Assembly: GCA_963702845.1 (NCBI GenBank)
Contig: OY969763.1
Location: 2,624,001 to 2,688,000 of the forward strand
From: an uncultured Verrucomicrobiae bacterium
Lineage (GTDB): Bacteria > Verrucomicrobiota > Verrucomicrobiia > Limisphaerales > Palsa-1400
Reading direction: 5' to 3'
DNA length: 64,000 bases
A program made the position numbers and the translations under genes. This document shows, in pieces, positions 41,591 to 50,445 of the stretch. The notes under the pieces were generated by a model that saw only the letters and a program-made list of their open reading frames with translations, was not told the origin of the DNA and did not search any database. The first letter of the stretch is position 1, and every line of letters starts with the position of its first letter.

Positions 41591-42667
41591 TCATTTACCG
41601 GACGCACTCGTCGTCGCCGGAGCCGGCACATAGACCACTCGATTCGGCTGCGTCGGCGCATAGGCGTTGCGTTGGGGAATGTTGGCGCGATTGAACGGTT
41701 TGTAATCCTTGATCGCCCCGACTCGCGCGATCCGCAGCGATTTGCGTATGATTCCCTTGCCGCCGTTGGCATCGCTGAATTTGCCCTGGCCGTAGCCCAC
41801 GCCCTTCGTCCCGGAGAGGTTCGATGAAAAATATTTGAACCCAACAATCTTGTTCTGCTCATCACGCAGCCATCCCACGAAGATGACGGCATGGCCGCTG
41901 GGCTTGGTCGTGTCGTAGCTGATGAAATCTCCGGGCCGGCATTTCTCCAGATCATCCACGCTGATGCCGTAACCCAGGCCGTAGGATTTGATCGCGCGCC
42001 GTTCGCAATCGCCCTTGCCCTCGATATACCAAAATTGGAGCGCGTTGAAGAGATCGCCGAAGGTCATGCCGTTGAAATCGTCGGGGTCCAATCCCTTTTG
42101 GATATTGCGCAGCTTCATCGCGCGGGTGAACACCTCAAAGGTAAACCCGCAACAATAACTGCAACGCGAACCGTCCGGATACGCTTTGGCCACGACCATG
42201 CCCTTATACCACATGTCCTGCGTCACGCCGTTGTAGATGTCATACTCGCGCACTTTCCAACTGCAATGATACGGCAGCGATCCGTCCAGCGGATAACCGG
42301 AGATGACCGCCATCACATACGGGTTCAACGCGCCTTCTTCGTCGTCCTGCACCAGTTGTTCACGCGCATAATATTTTGCCAGCGTCTTGTCGACCGGCGA
42401 GAACCCGCGTTCATCGACCGGATATGGTTTGGGCGTATAAAGGAACCGGCGACTTTCCGGTTTGGACGGATCCAGGTTTTTGGGTGTCGCTGTAACGTGG
42501 CCCTCAGCCGAAGACTGGATTACTCCTGGGAATATGGAACTGGGGTTTGTTGGCGCGGCAACTTGGCACTGAGCCGAAGTGTTGACCAAAGCAGTAATTG
42601 CAACGAAGCAAACCGAAATGTGCCGCCGTAGCAGCAAACGAAAAATCGCAGACGTGTTCATCTTCAC
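41591..42667 (-). CDS. Secreted putative papain-fold (NlpC/P60-like) Cys hydrolase; right anchor of the accessory region
   Basis: SYCCGFTFEV ... PGDFI ... GHAVIF Cys/His pattern; signal peptide. Confidence 0.65.
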   Translation of the reverse strand: MKMNTSAIFRLLLRRHISVCFVAITALVNTSAQCQVAAPTNPSSIFPGVIQSSAEGHVTATPKNLDPSKPESRRFLYTPKPYPVDERGFSPVDKTLAKYYAREQLVQDDEEGALNPYVMAVISGYPLDGSLPYHCSWKVREYDIYNGVTQDMWYKGMVVAKAYPDGSRCSYCCGFTFEVFTRAMKLRNIQKGLDPDDFNGMTFGDLFNALQFWYIEGKGDCERRAIKSYGLGYGISVDDLEKCRPGDFISYDTTKPSGHAVIFVGWLRDEQNKIVGFKYFSSNLSGTKGVGYGQGKFSDANGGKGIIRKSLRIARVGAIKDYKPFNRANIPQRNAYAPTQPNRVVYVPAPATTSASGK

Positions 42668-42840
42668 CCCGCCAGCGTAACAAACCGTCCAGCAGATTCA
42701 ACATCGGCGCACATCAGGATCCCATGTCAGTCCTACTTATATCGCGCGCCTGAGCCGCATTAAAAGCATCGGCGGCTGTAGCGCGATACCCATGTGTCGC
42801 CCACGCGAGACTAGTTGCCGGGCCGGCTCACTACATACAA

Positions 42841-42868
42841 TTGACACGCCGCTGCTTCACGTTATAAT
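42841..42868 (+). promoter_or_regulatory. Consensus sigma70 promoter
   Basis: TTGACA-N16-TATAAT. Confidence 0.75.
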
Positions 42869-42870
42869 CC

Positions 42871-42913
42871 CTTTGGACCGCCGGTCCTTACCGGCACTGG
42901 GGGACGGTCAAGA
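42871..42913 (+). ncRNA. Small pseudoknotted RNA, probably Acido-Lenti-1-like motif
   Basis: Outer stem GACCG/CGGTC, inner hairpin CCGGT-CCTT-ACCGG, loop complementary to GGGGGA; starts at the predicted TSS. Family assignment is from recall, not a search. Confidence 0.6.
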
Positions 42914-42978
42914 ATGTGCAGTTTTCCCCAGTTCGTTCTTTGAAAAACCGCGCCAAAAGTGCGACTCAACTGCCACCA

Positions 42979-43044
42979 AAAGTGGAACAATGTGCGGGAA
43001 TGTGGGGCAATGTGCGACAATGTGCGACTTTCCCGCGAAATTTT
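42979..43044 (+). repeat. 10-bp-period array 1 (AATGTGCGAC-like x5) followed by TTCCCGCGAAATTTT
   Basis: AAAGTGGAAC AATGTGCGGG AATGTGGGGC AATGTGCGAC AATGTGCGAC. Confidence 0.8.
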
Positions 43045-43130
43045 CTATCGGAGTGCGAGATGCGCAGCCGACATTCGGCCTTTGACGAAAGTTGCAAGAT
43101 TTTCGGCTACAAAACCGCTCCCCTTGGCAA

Positions 43131-43188
43131 CTAATTGCAGGAAGTAGGCGGAAGTTGCAGGAAGTTGCAACATTCCCGCGAAATTTTT
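43131..43188 (+). repeat. 10-bp-period array 2 (GAAGTTGCAG-like x4) followed by TTCCCGCGAAATTTT
   Basis: CTAATTGCAG GAAGTAGGCG GAAGTTGCAG GAAGTTGCAA. Confidence 0.75.
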
Positions 43189-43414
43189 TCCGAACGCAAC
43201 CCGGACGCAAGCGGAGCTCGTTCTAAACAAGCGTTCACTTGCCCGAATGGGCTGACCATCAACACATTGCAAACGCCAAACGCATCGCAAAGCTTCTTCA
43301 ATCGGTTCCCTATCGATACCGGCGTCTGCAACAAACCGCTGGGTGCGAACACCATCCACCAATCTCGCGCCGTTGATCGAAGCAGCCATTCATTTGAAGA
43401 AACCACTTTTTTCC

Positions 43415-43441
43415 AAAGAATATTGTGGCATATTCTTTGCC
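43415..43441 (+). promoter_or_regulatory. Putative sigma54 -24/-12 promoter overlapped by a palindrome
   Basis: TGGCATATTCTTTGC (GG-N10-GC) overlapping AAAGAATAT-N6-ATATTCTTT, about 70 bp before the dksA-like gene. Confidence 0.5.
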
Positions 43442-43511
43442 CTTTGCTACAGTCCGCAACCCTTGGAAAGGGTGGTTGAGCTGTTAGCCGAGATTTAAAC
43501 GAATTTAAGAA

Positions 43512-44105
43512 ATGGCAACAAAGAATAAAAAAGACGAAAAGAAGCCCGCACCGCGTCCGAAAAACGTCGCGTCTGCTACGGCTGCTTCCATTTTGGGTCT
43601 GCCCACGGGTCGGAGTCACGGCGTTAGCAATGGCAGGCCGAAGATCAAGGCCGAATGGGTTAAATATTACGACAATCTTCTGGAGCTGCGCGACCGTCTG
43701 ACCCATCAGATGGACGGACTCGCCAAGGAATCGGCCGAAGAAATGTCCAATTACAGCCTGCACATGGCCGATGCCGGCACGGATAATTTTGACCGCGACT
43801 TTGCCCTGAGCCTGTTGTCATCGGACCAGGACGCAATTTACGAAATCGAAGAAGCGCTCAAGCGCATCGAGAAGAACACCTTTGGCGTTTGTGAATTGAC
43901 CGGTAAGGCGATTCCCAGAAGCCGTCTGGATGCGATTCCCTGGACTCGTTTCACTGTTGAAGCGCAGAGCCAGCTCGAACGTGAAGGCGCGCTCAAGTCG
44001 CGCCGTCTCGGCACGCTCGGCAGCGTTGACAGCACCAGTGCAAGCGACGCCGACAGTGACGAAGGCGACGAACCCGAAGAAAAGCCCGCCAAGGACAAGG
44101 ATTAA
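43512..44105 (+). CDS. TraR/DksA-family transcription factor (single-Cys finger)
   Basis: Coiled coil with HMADAGT tip; FGVCELTGKAIPRSRLDAIPWTRFTVEAQ. Confidence 0.88.
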   Translation: MATKNKKDEKKPAPRPKNVASATAASILGLPTGRSHGVSNGRPKIKAEWVKYYDNLLELRDRLTHQMDGLAKESAEEMSNYSLHMADAGTDNFDRDFALSLLSSDQDAIYEIEEALKRIEKNTFGVCELTGKAIPRSRLDAIPWTRFTVEAQSQLEREGALKSRRLGTLGSVDSTSASDADSDEGDEPEEKPAKDKD

Positions 44106-44108
44106 TTT

Positions 44109-44276
44109 ATGCCTCGCGAAATTATTACAATCGAATGTCAGGAAGCGCGTAAGGAAGGCAAGCCGCCCTCCCGCTACACGACCACGCGCAATAAAAAGCT
44201 CAAGACCGAAAAGCTTGAGATCAAGAAATACAATCCTTTCTTGCGCCGTCACACTGTCCATCGCGAAATCAAGTAA
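44109..44276 (+). CDS. rpmG: 50S ribosomal protein L33
   Basis: Manual translation [55 protein letters not shown]. Confidence 0.95.
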   Translation: MPREIITIECQEARKEGKPPSRYTTTRNKKLKTEKLEIKKYNPFLRRHTVHREIK

Positions 44277-44285
44277 GACACGTTT

Positions 44286-44534
44286 ATGCCACGCAAAACA
44301 CATCCTGAAAAACCGGGCCGCAAAGGCAGTTCCGAAGTCCGCACACCGCGTCCGAAGCCGAAAATCGACTTCACCGTGGACGCGCTGGACTATAAGAACG
44401 TCACTTTGCTGAAGCAATTCGTGACCGACCAAGGCCGCATTCTTCCGCGCAAGTACACCGGACTCCCGGCACACTACCAACGCCGTCTGAACCGCTCGAT
44501 CAAACGCGCGCGTCAGATGTTGTTGATGAAGTAG
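44286..44534 (+). CDS. rpsR: 30S ribosomal protein S18
   Basis: [26 protein letters not shown]...QRRL..SIKRAR. Confidence 0.95.
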   Translation: MPRKTHPEKPGRKGSSEVRTPRPKPKIDFTVDALDYKNVTLLKQFVTDQGRILPRKYTGLPAHYQRRLNRSIKRARQMLLMK

Positions 44535-44558
44535 TTTCGAACGGTCGAAGAGATTTGT

Positions 44559-44592
44559 AAAAGCCGTCGCCTTTTCAGGCGCGGCTTTTTTC
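44559..44592. terminator. Intrinsic (possibly bidirectional) terminator
   Basis: AAAAGCCGTCGCCT-TTTC-AGGCGCGGCTTTTTT between convergent genes. Confidence 0.7.
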
Positions 44593-44645
44593 TATTCCAC
44601 CGCGTGGGTAGGCGGGGCGCCCATCCATGCCAAGGCGTCCAAGAT

Positions 44646-47075
44646 TTAGGCCGCCTCCAATTCAATCCAAAACCGCGCCCCTCGTCCGGGTTCGGATTCG
44701 ACCCCGACTTTTCCGTGCATTTTTTCGACGACCTTGCGCACCAGCGCGAGCCCAATCCCAGTTCCGGGTAAATCAGAATGGAGTTTCTGAAACATCTCGA
44801 AAATGCGGTGGTGATGCTCAAGGGGAATCCCGACACCTTCATCCTCCACCCATAACCGCACAACGCTCTCGCGTTTCTCAGCCCGGACACGAACGACTGG
44901 CTTTCGATCTGGCGGGGTAAATTTAACGGCATTGTTGAGCAAGTTCGAGAAGCACTGGGTCAGCCCGGCGCGATTGGCCATTACCGCCGGTAATTCAGCG
45001 GCTACGGTAATCTGCGCGCGCTCCGGATGAAATTGGGGATACGATTCAATAATGCTCATCACTAATTGGTCGGGGCGCACCACGGCCAGCGGCAACTCTT
45101 CGCGCAACGCGGTGGTGTAATTGAAAGCGTCCGTGACGAGTTGGTCCATGCGCTCGGCAGACTCAATGATCCGGCGCAAATAATCATTTGCTTCTTGGTC
45201 AAGCGCCGGCCCGTGTTCGTCTTTTAGAATTTGGCTAAAACTGCGCATCGCCCGTAACGGCGCGCGCAAATCGTGAACGATGCTATAAGATAATTGCTCG
45301 AGTTCATCGCGCGCCTGGCGAACACGACGCTGCGCGCGTTTTTCTTCGGTGATATCGCGAAGGATGCCGGTAAAAAACCGCCGTCCTGCGACGCGACTTT
45401 CGCTCACACCTAAATAGAGCGGGAAAACGGTTCCATCCTTACACTGGCCCCCGACTTCGCGGCTGATGCCAACAATCTTGCGACGGCCGGTTCGTCGATA
45501 CAGTTCGAGATAGGAATCGTGCCGGCTTTTGTCAGGTTCAGGCATGAGCATGCTGACGTTGCGGCCAAGCAGTTCCTGGGCAGAATATCCGAACATCTTT
45601 TCGGCGGCCGGGTTGACCATCTCGATTATTCCATTTTCGTCGATTGCGATGATGCCATCGATCGCGGTATCGACGATGACGCGCAGGCGTTCCGAACTTT
45701 CTTCCAAACGCACGGTTCGTTCCTGGACAGAGTGTTCGAGGTCGTGCGTATATGCTTCGAGCGAGCGTCTCAGGCGACTGCGGTCACGAGCAATGGCGAC
45801 ATAGTGCGCAAGCGTTTGGAAGAACTCTTTGTCGTCGGCTGCAAACGCATCGCGGTGACGACTGGCAAAAGCCAGTGTCCCGAGCAGACGATCCCCGACT
45901 AAAAGCGGATGAACGCTGTAGGTGCGGACGCCCAAGGCTTTTATGACTTCCAACGATGGGTCGCTCGATTGCTGAATGTTGTTCGCGAAGACCGGTTCTC
46001 GTCGTTCGGGAATCGTGTGGCAGAACGCCTCGGCGAATTGCATATATTTCAAACGATCTTCGGCATCAGCCGGAATACCGCCGCTGATGACGAGCTGTCT
46101 GTTTACGGTGGTCTGGTCGGTGGTCGCGTATTCCAAATACACATCCGCCTGAAACAAATCCCCGACACGTCGATATAGGTCGGCGATTTCTTCATTCGTG
46201 CGCATTGGCGACAACAACTGCGCAGCGGCTTCGTGCAGAAGGTCAATGCGCTGCTTTTCCTGCGCGACTTCTGATTCCCAATGCTTTCGCTGTGTGATGT
46301 CGATGATGGCCGCAACCGCGCCGGTTATGGTGCCGGATTCGTCGCGCAAGGGAACTGAGGAAATGAGAATACATTTGCGAACACCGTCGAAAGTTTCGAT
46401 TTCCACCTCTTCATCAAACGTGTTCACTCCATTCAAAATTGCGCGCGCGGCAGCCCACTCCCGCGGCTGGATTGGCTTACCGGTATCTGGCCACCATCCT
46501 TTGTAGTTGCGGACTTCCCGTACACCGGCGGCGCGAGGCAGGCCCCAGATTCGCGCACCTGCCGCGTTACTACTGAGGATTTGGCCTTCCCTGTCGAGGA
46601 CCCATATACCTACAGGGGCGGTTTCGAGTATCCCGCGCAAAACCGCTTCGCTATGTCGCCGTTCAGCAGCCTCTTGTTCGACCCGTTCTTTCTGTGTTAA
46701 CGCTTCGACGGCTTCAATCTTGGATCGGCGATTGGCCACACGCATTAGACCACCGAGGCTGCAAATGATCGCACACACAATGACATAGACGAGGACCAAA
46801 ATGATATCGATAGAGCTGTCAAAACCGATCGTATGCCTCGGAAAAACAAAAAAATAATCGCCAGCGATAAAGCCAGCCAAGGTGACAAATATGGCGGGGC
46901 CGACCCCAAGTCTCCATACGGCGATGGCCGCGCCGACCCAAAAAGTCCAATAGGGAAGGCGATCTCCGAGAACCGGATCAAACGCGAACCGAAGCAGAAG
47001 TGCGCCCGCGGACAAAACCGCAGCCCACGCATATCGGCGCAGGATCCTCGTCGGATTAGGCAGCACCCAGTTCAT
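44646..47075 (-). CDS. Membrane sensor histidine kinase (DUF4118-PAS-GAF-PAS-HisKA-HATPase)
   Basis: Four TM segments at N-terminus, FixL-like PAS (HDSYL), SIVHDLRAPLR, NAVKF, GTGIGL. Confidence 0.9.
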   Translation of the reverse strand: MNWVLPNPTRILRRYAWAAVLSAGALLLRFAFDPVLGDRLPYWTFWVGAAIAVWRLGVGPAIFVTLAGFIAGDYFFVFPRHTIGFDSSIDIILVLVYVIVCAIICSLGGLMRVANRRSKIEAVEALTQKERVEQEAAERRHSEAVLRGILETAPVGIWVLDREGQILSSNAAGARIWGLPRAAGVREVRNYKGWWPDTGKPIQPREWAAARAILNGVNTFDEEVEIETFDGVRKCILISSVPLRDESGTITGAVAAIIDITQRKHWESEVAQEKQRIDLLHEAAAQLLSPMRTNEEIADLYRRVGDLFQADVYLEYATTDQTTVNRQLVISGGIPADAEDRLKYMQFAEAFCHTIPERREPVFANNIQQSSDPSLEVIKALGVRTYSVHPLLVGDRLLGTLAFASRHRDAFAADDKEFFQTLAHYVAIARDRSRLRRSLEAYTHDLEHSVQERTVRLEESSERLRVIVDTAIDGIIAIDENGIIEMVNPAAEKMFGYSAQELLGRNVSMLMPEPDKSRHDSYLELYRRTGRRKIVGISREVGGQCKDGTVFPLYLGVSESRVAGRRFFTGILRDITEEKRAQRRVRQARDELEQLSYSIVHDLRAPLRAMRSFSQILKDEHGPALDQEANDYLRRIIESAERMDQLVTDAFNYTTALREELPLAVVRPDQLVMSIIESYPQFHPERAQITVAAELPAVMANRAGLTQCFSNLLNNAVKFTPPDRKPVVRVRAEKRESVVRLWVEDEGVGIPLEHHHRIFEMFQKLHSDLPGTGIGLALVRKVVEKMHGKVGVESEPGRGARFWIELEAA

Positions 47076-47272
47076 CTCTCCCCTTCCCCATGTATTTCTT
47101 TACCGAAACAACACGGCAGCTTCTGCACGACTTTGCGCAACCGAAGCCGACATCACTCCGGCACTACACCCCAGAACATCGTGGCACTATTATGCCGCTG
47201 AAAAAATACGACCTATCAACGTATTTGATAGCACGTGAAAAGATGATGTTGAAATCCGTCAAAGCATCAGCG

Positions 47273-49945
47273 CTAAGAACCAACGCCGGCTTGAGCACCG
47301 CTCGTTTCCTGCGCTGCACCAGGTAGTTCCACATCGAGATCGATGAGGATATCGCGAGGTTCGGCGCCTTTATTCGGCCCGACGATACCACGGGCCTCAA
47401 GATCGTCCATGATTCGAGCAGCGCGCGTATAGCCAAGGCGCAGACGTCGTTGCAATAACGAGACACTCGCCTTTTGTTCGGTGCGAATGATCTCAATACA
47501 CTGCTCGATTAATGCTTCATCTTCACCACTGCTGTTCTCGTCGCCATCAAACGAGCTGACCGGTTTTGAAAGCTGTTGGTGAATCTCCAGTTCGTAGCTC
47601 GGTTTGCCTTGAGCGGCGATAAATTCGACAAGCTGTTGAATTTCGTTGTCGGTCACCAACGCACCCTGAGCGCGAATGAGTTTCGCTGAACCCGGTGGCA
47701 AAAATAACATGTCGCCTTTGCCCAGCAATTTATCAGCGCCCATCGCGTCGAGAATCGTGCGGGAGTCGACTTTGGCAGCGACCTGGAACGCGATACGAGC
47801 GGGAATGTTCGCTTTGATGACGCCGGTGATAACGTCGACGCTGGGACGTTGCGTTGCGACGATGCAATGAATACCAGCCGCTCGCGCCATTTGCGTGATG
47901 CGGGCAATCGCCATTTCGACGTCAGCCGGAGCGACGAGCATCAAGTCCGCAAGCTCGTCGATGATGACGACGATGTAACTGAGGTGATCTGGAATGACAA
48001 TTTCCTCGTCACGCGGCACCGCAATTTCGTCATCCAGTTCGACTGCAAAACCGTCCACGCCGGCCTCGCCCTTGTCGCGTTTCGGTTCTTCGCGCGGCGG
48101 CACCGGAGGTGGCTGATTTTTCGGCCGATCATTGAAGGAGTGAATGTTGCGCACGCCGACCTTGGCAAAAATTTGATAGCGCTTTTCCATTTCGCTGACG
48201 ACCCAGCGCAACGCGAGGATGACTTTCTTGGGATCTGTGACGACCGGCACGACGAGGTGCGGCAGCTTGTTGAATTGCTGGAGTTCAACGACCTTTGGAT
48301 CGATCATAACGAACCGCAATTTGTCCGGGCCGAAGCGATAAAGAAGCGACGCAATGATGGAGCTGATGGCAACGGATTTGCCTGAACCGGTGCTGCCGGC
48401 GATGAGCACATGCGGCATTTCGGCGAGGTCGGCGACGATGGGGTGACCGTAAACGTCTTTGCCCAAAGCGAGCGGGATGCGGGCCTTGGTGTTGCGCCAT
48501 TCGTCTGATTCGAACAGGTCGCGGAGGATGACTTTGGTCTTAACCGCATTCGGAACTTCGACGCCCACTGAACTTTTACCGGGCACGGGCGCGAGAATAT
48601 TAATACGCTCGGCCTTGAGAACCGCGGCGATGTTGTTGTTCAATGCGCTGATTTTTTCCAGCTTCACGCCCGGGGCCGGGTGCAGTTCGTAACGAGTGAT
48701 CGTCGGACCCTTGGTGATGTCGCCGATTGCCACTTCAATTTCGAACTGCGCCAACGTTTGTTGCATTAATTTTGCGTTGGCGATGAGTTCTTCTTTTGAT
48801 TCGGTGGGACGCACCGTGGTATCGGGATATTGCAACAAATCCATCGACGGCAGCTGGTAATTTCCGATTTTCGGTGTCGAGGCGACGGTGATTTGTCTCG
48901 GCTTCTTCGGCTTCATCGCTCTAAGCGGCGTGAGACCGTGGATCTGAGGGGCCGGCACTTCAGGCGCTTTTGGTTTCGCGGCCGATTCTTCATCCTTGTC
49001 ATTGCCACTGGAAACTTCCGCCACTTGTTTCGACAATTCCGCTTTGTCACCGATAATATCGGCCGTGGTAGCAGCGGCGATTTCCCTGGCGCTGATAACT
49101 TCGCCCTCTTCCACGACGGCGGGTTCCTTGACTTCTTTGACGTCCGCTTTTGCTTTCTTCGCTTTCGAGGTGGGAACGCTCAAGTCACGAACGGTCGGCT
49201 CAGGCACAGGTTTGAGATCAGCTCCGAGGCCGCTTGGCTCGGCGACCTTTTCAGCCACGCTCGGGCCTTTGGCGATTTTCTTATCAAGTTGGTCCTGCAA
49301 TTTCTTCGCTTGCCGGTCCAGTTCACGAGCACGCTTCTCCAGTTCGCGTTCTTCAGGAGTATTTGCAATAGACTTCCCGTTGCGTTCCGCCCACCAATTG
49401 CGGCACCAAAGGCCGAGTTGGAAATTGGTCAGATACATGATGCCGACGACGTAGACAGCACCGAGCACAATGCTGGCGCCGACCTTACCGAGCAACTGAA
49501 GAACCGTAAAATTGAGAAACACTCCGATGTAACCGCCAGCGCTCGGCGCTGAAACGCCCGCGCTGGCTGAACGAAGAATTCGCAAGTCGTGCTCAAACAA
49601 CGTCAGGAAGCCCATGGTACAAACGAGGAGCACCGCGCCCCATGTTCGGCGGTGTTGCAAATAGGACATGTAGGAAAACAGATAGCCGAGCCCGAAAGCG
49701 ATCATCAAAATTGGAACGGCAAATGCAGCTAAACCGAAAACCTGGAACACGGCCCAACCGACCCAAACGCCGATGGGCCCGCCTAGGTTATGCACGGGCG
49801 AGTTGGGCGGCACTTGGTTTGCCGAGCAGTCGTGGGGTTCAAACGAAAATAGGGCGACTAAAAGGAGCAGAGCTGCTGCGCCTAGAACAACGCCTATGAC
49901 ATCATTGAAACCGTGCGTCCTTGGGAGCGCATCTTTTCGAGCCAT
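47273..49945 (-). CDS. ftsK: DNA translocase FtsK
   Basis: 4TM N-terminus, AGSTGSGKS, IIDELADLM, ATQRPSVDVITG, gamma domain SLLQRRLRLGYTRAAR. Confidence 0.97.
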   Translation of the reverse strand: MARKDALPRTHGFNDVIGVVLGAAALLLLVALFSFEPHDCSANQVPPNSPVHNLGGPIGVWVGWAVFQVFGLAAFAVPILMIAFGLGYLFSYMSYLQHRRTWGAVLLVCTMGFLTLFEHDLRILRSASAGVSAPSAGGYIGVFLNFTVLQLLGKVGASIVLGAVYVVGIMYLTNFQLGLWCRNWWAERNGKSIANTPEERELEKRARELDRQAKKLQDQLDKKIAKGPSVAEKVAEPSGLGADLKPVPEPTVRDLSVPTSKAKKAKADVKEVKEPAVVEEGEVISAREIAAATTADIIGDKAELSKQVAEVSSGNDKDEESAAKPKAPEVPAPQIHGLTPLRAMKPKKPRQITVASTPKIGNYQLPSMDLLQYPDTTVRPTESKEELIANAKLMQQTLAQFEIEVAIGDITKGPTITRYELHPAPGVKLEKISALNNNIAAVLKAERINILAPVPGKSSVGVEVPNAVKTKVILRDLFESDEWRNTKARIPLALGKDVYGHPIVADLAEMPHVLIAGSTGSGKSVAISSIIASLLYRFGPDKLRFVMIDPKVVELQQFNKLPHLVVPVVTDPKKVILALRWVVSEMEKRYQIFAKVGVRNIHSFNDRPKNQPPPVPPREEPKRDKGEAGVDGFAVELDDEIAVPRDEEIVIPDHLSYIVVIIDELADLMLVAPADVEMAIARITQMARAAGIHCIVATQRPSVDVITGVIKANIPARIAFQVAAKVDSRTILDAMGADKLLGKGDMLFLPPGSAKLIRAQGALVTDNEIQQLVEFIAAQGKPSYELEIHQQLSKPVSSFDGDENSSGEDEALIEQCIEIIRTEQKASVSLLQRRLRLGYTRAARIMDDLEARGIVGPNKGAEPRDILIDLDVELPGAAQETSGAQAGVGS

Positions 49946-50013
49946 TGGGCGCTACTGTAAAGATTACGGCGGAAAGTTAAAGTGAAAAATGAGCGAAACC
50001 CTTAGGCACAATA

Positions 50014-50445
50014 TCAAACAGCGTTGCGCAAAGGTGACGGTACAATCGACCCGATAATGCGGCTCAGTTCTTTCGGTTCTGGCGGTTTGACCAAATATCC
50101 ATGCACAGCAAACATCGCAGCGCGATCGCGATCGCTCTGCTCGGCCGACGAAGTGAGAACGATGACTTTCAGTTCACGAAGTTCGGGACGCCCCCGCATC
50201 CATTCCAAAAACTCAAACCCACCGACATAGGGCAATTTTAAATCCAAAAAAATCAGTGACGGCAATGGATAATAATTTCTGTCTTCGAAAGTGCCCGTGC
50301 CCGAGAGATAATCGATCGCTTTTTGGCCATCCGTCACAACCTGCAACGGATGCACGGCCTGCGCTTTGCGCAACGCACGTTGCATAGCAAAGACATCATC
50401 ATCGTTGTCTTCAACCAATAGGATAGTGGGCATCGATGAGCTCAT
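50014..50445 (-). CDS. Single-domain response regulator (Rcp1-like)
   Basis: LLVEDNDDD, FLDLKLP, VLTSS, KP. Confidence 0.9.
   Translation of the reverse strand: MSSSMPTILLVEDNDDDVFAMQRALRKAQAVHPLQVVTDGQKAIDYLSGTGTFEDRNYYPLPSLIFLDLKLPYVGGFEFLEWMRGRPELRELKVIVLTSSAEQSDRDRAAMFAVHGYLVKPPEPKELSRIIGSIVPSPLRNAV

Noticed and set aside
39876..41816. Diversity-generating retroelement TR/VR pair
   Set aside because: Differences are not adenine-specific (for example CGG/CGC, GTC/GTT, CCG/CCC), are mostly synonymous, and there is no reverse transcriptase in the window.
14065..41816. Prophage, ICE or complete integron
   Set aside because: No integrase, phage structural, conjugation or transposase gene is recognisable in the window.
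42792..43479. Protein-coding ORFs in the 42.7-43.5 kb interval
   Set aside because: Overlapping short ORFs on both strands with no family signal; 10-bp periodicity is out of step with codons.
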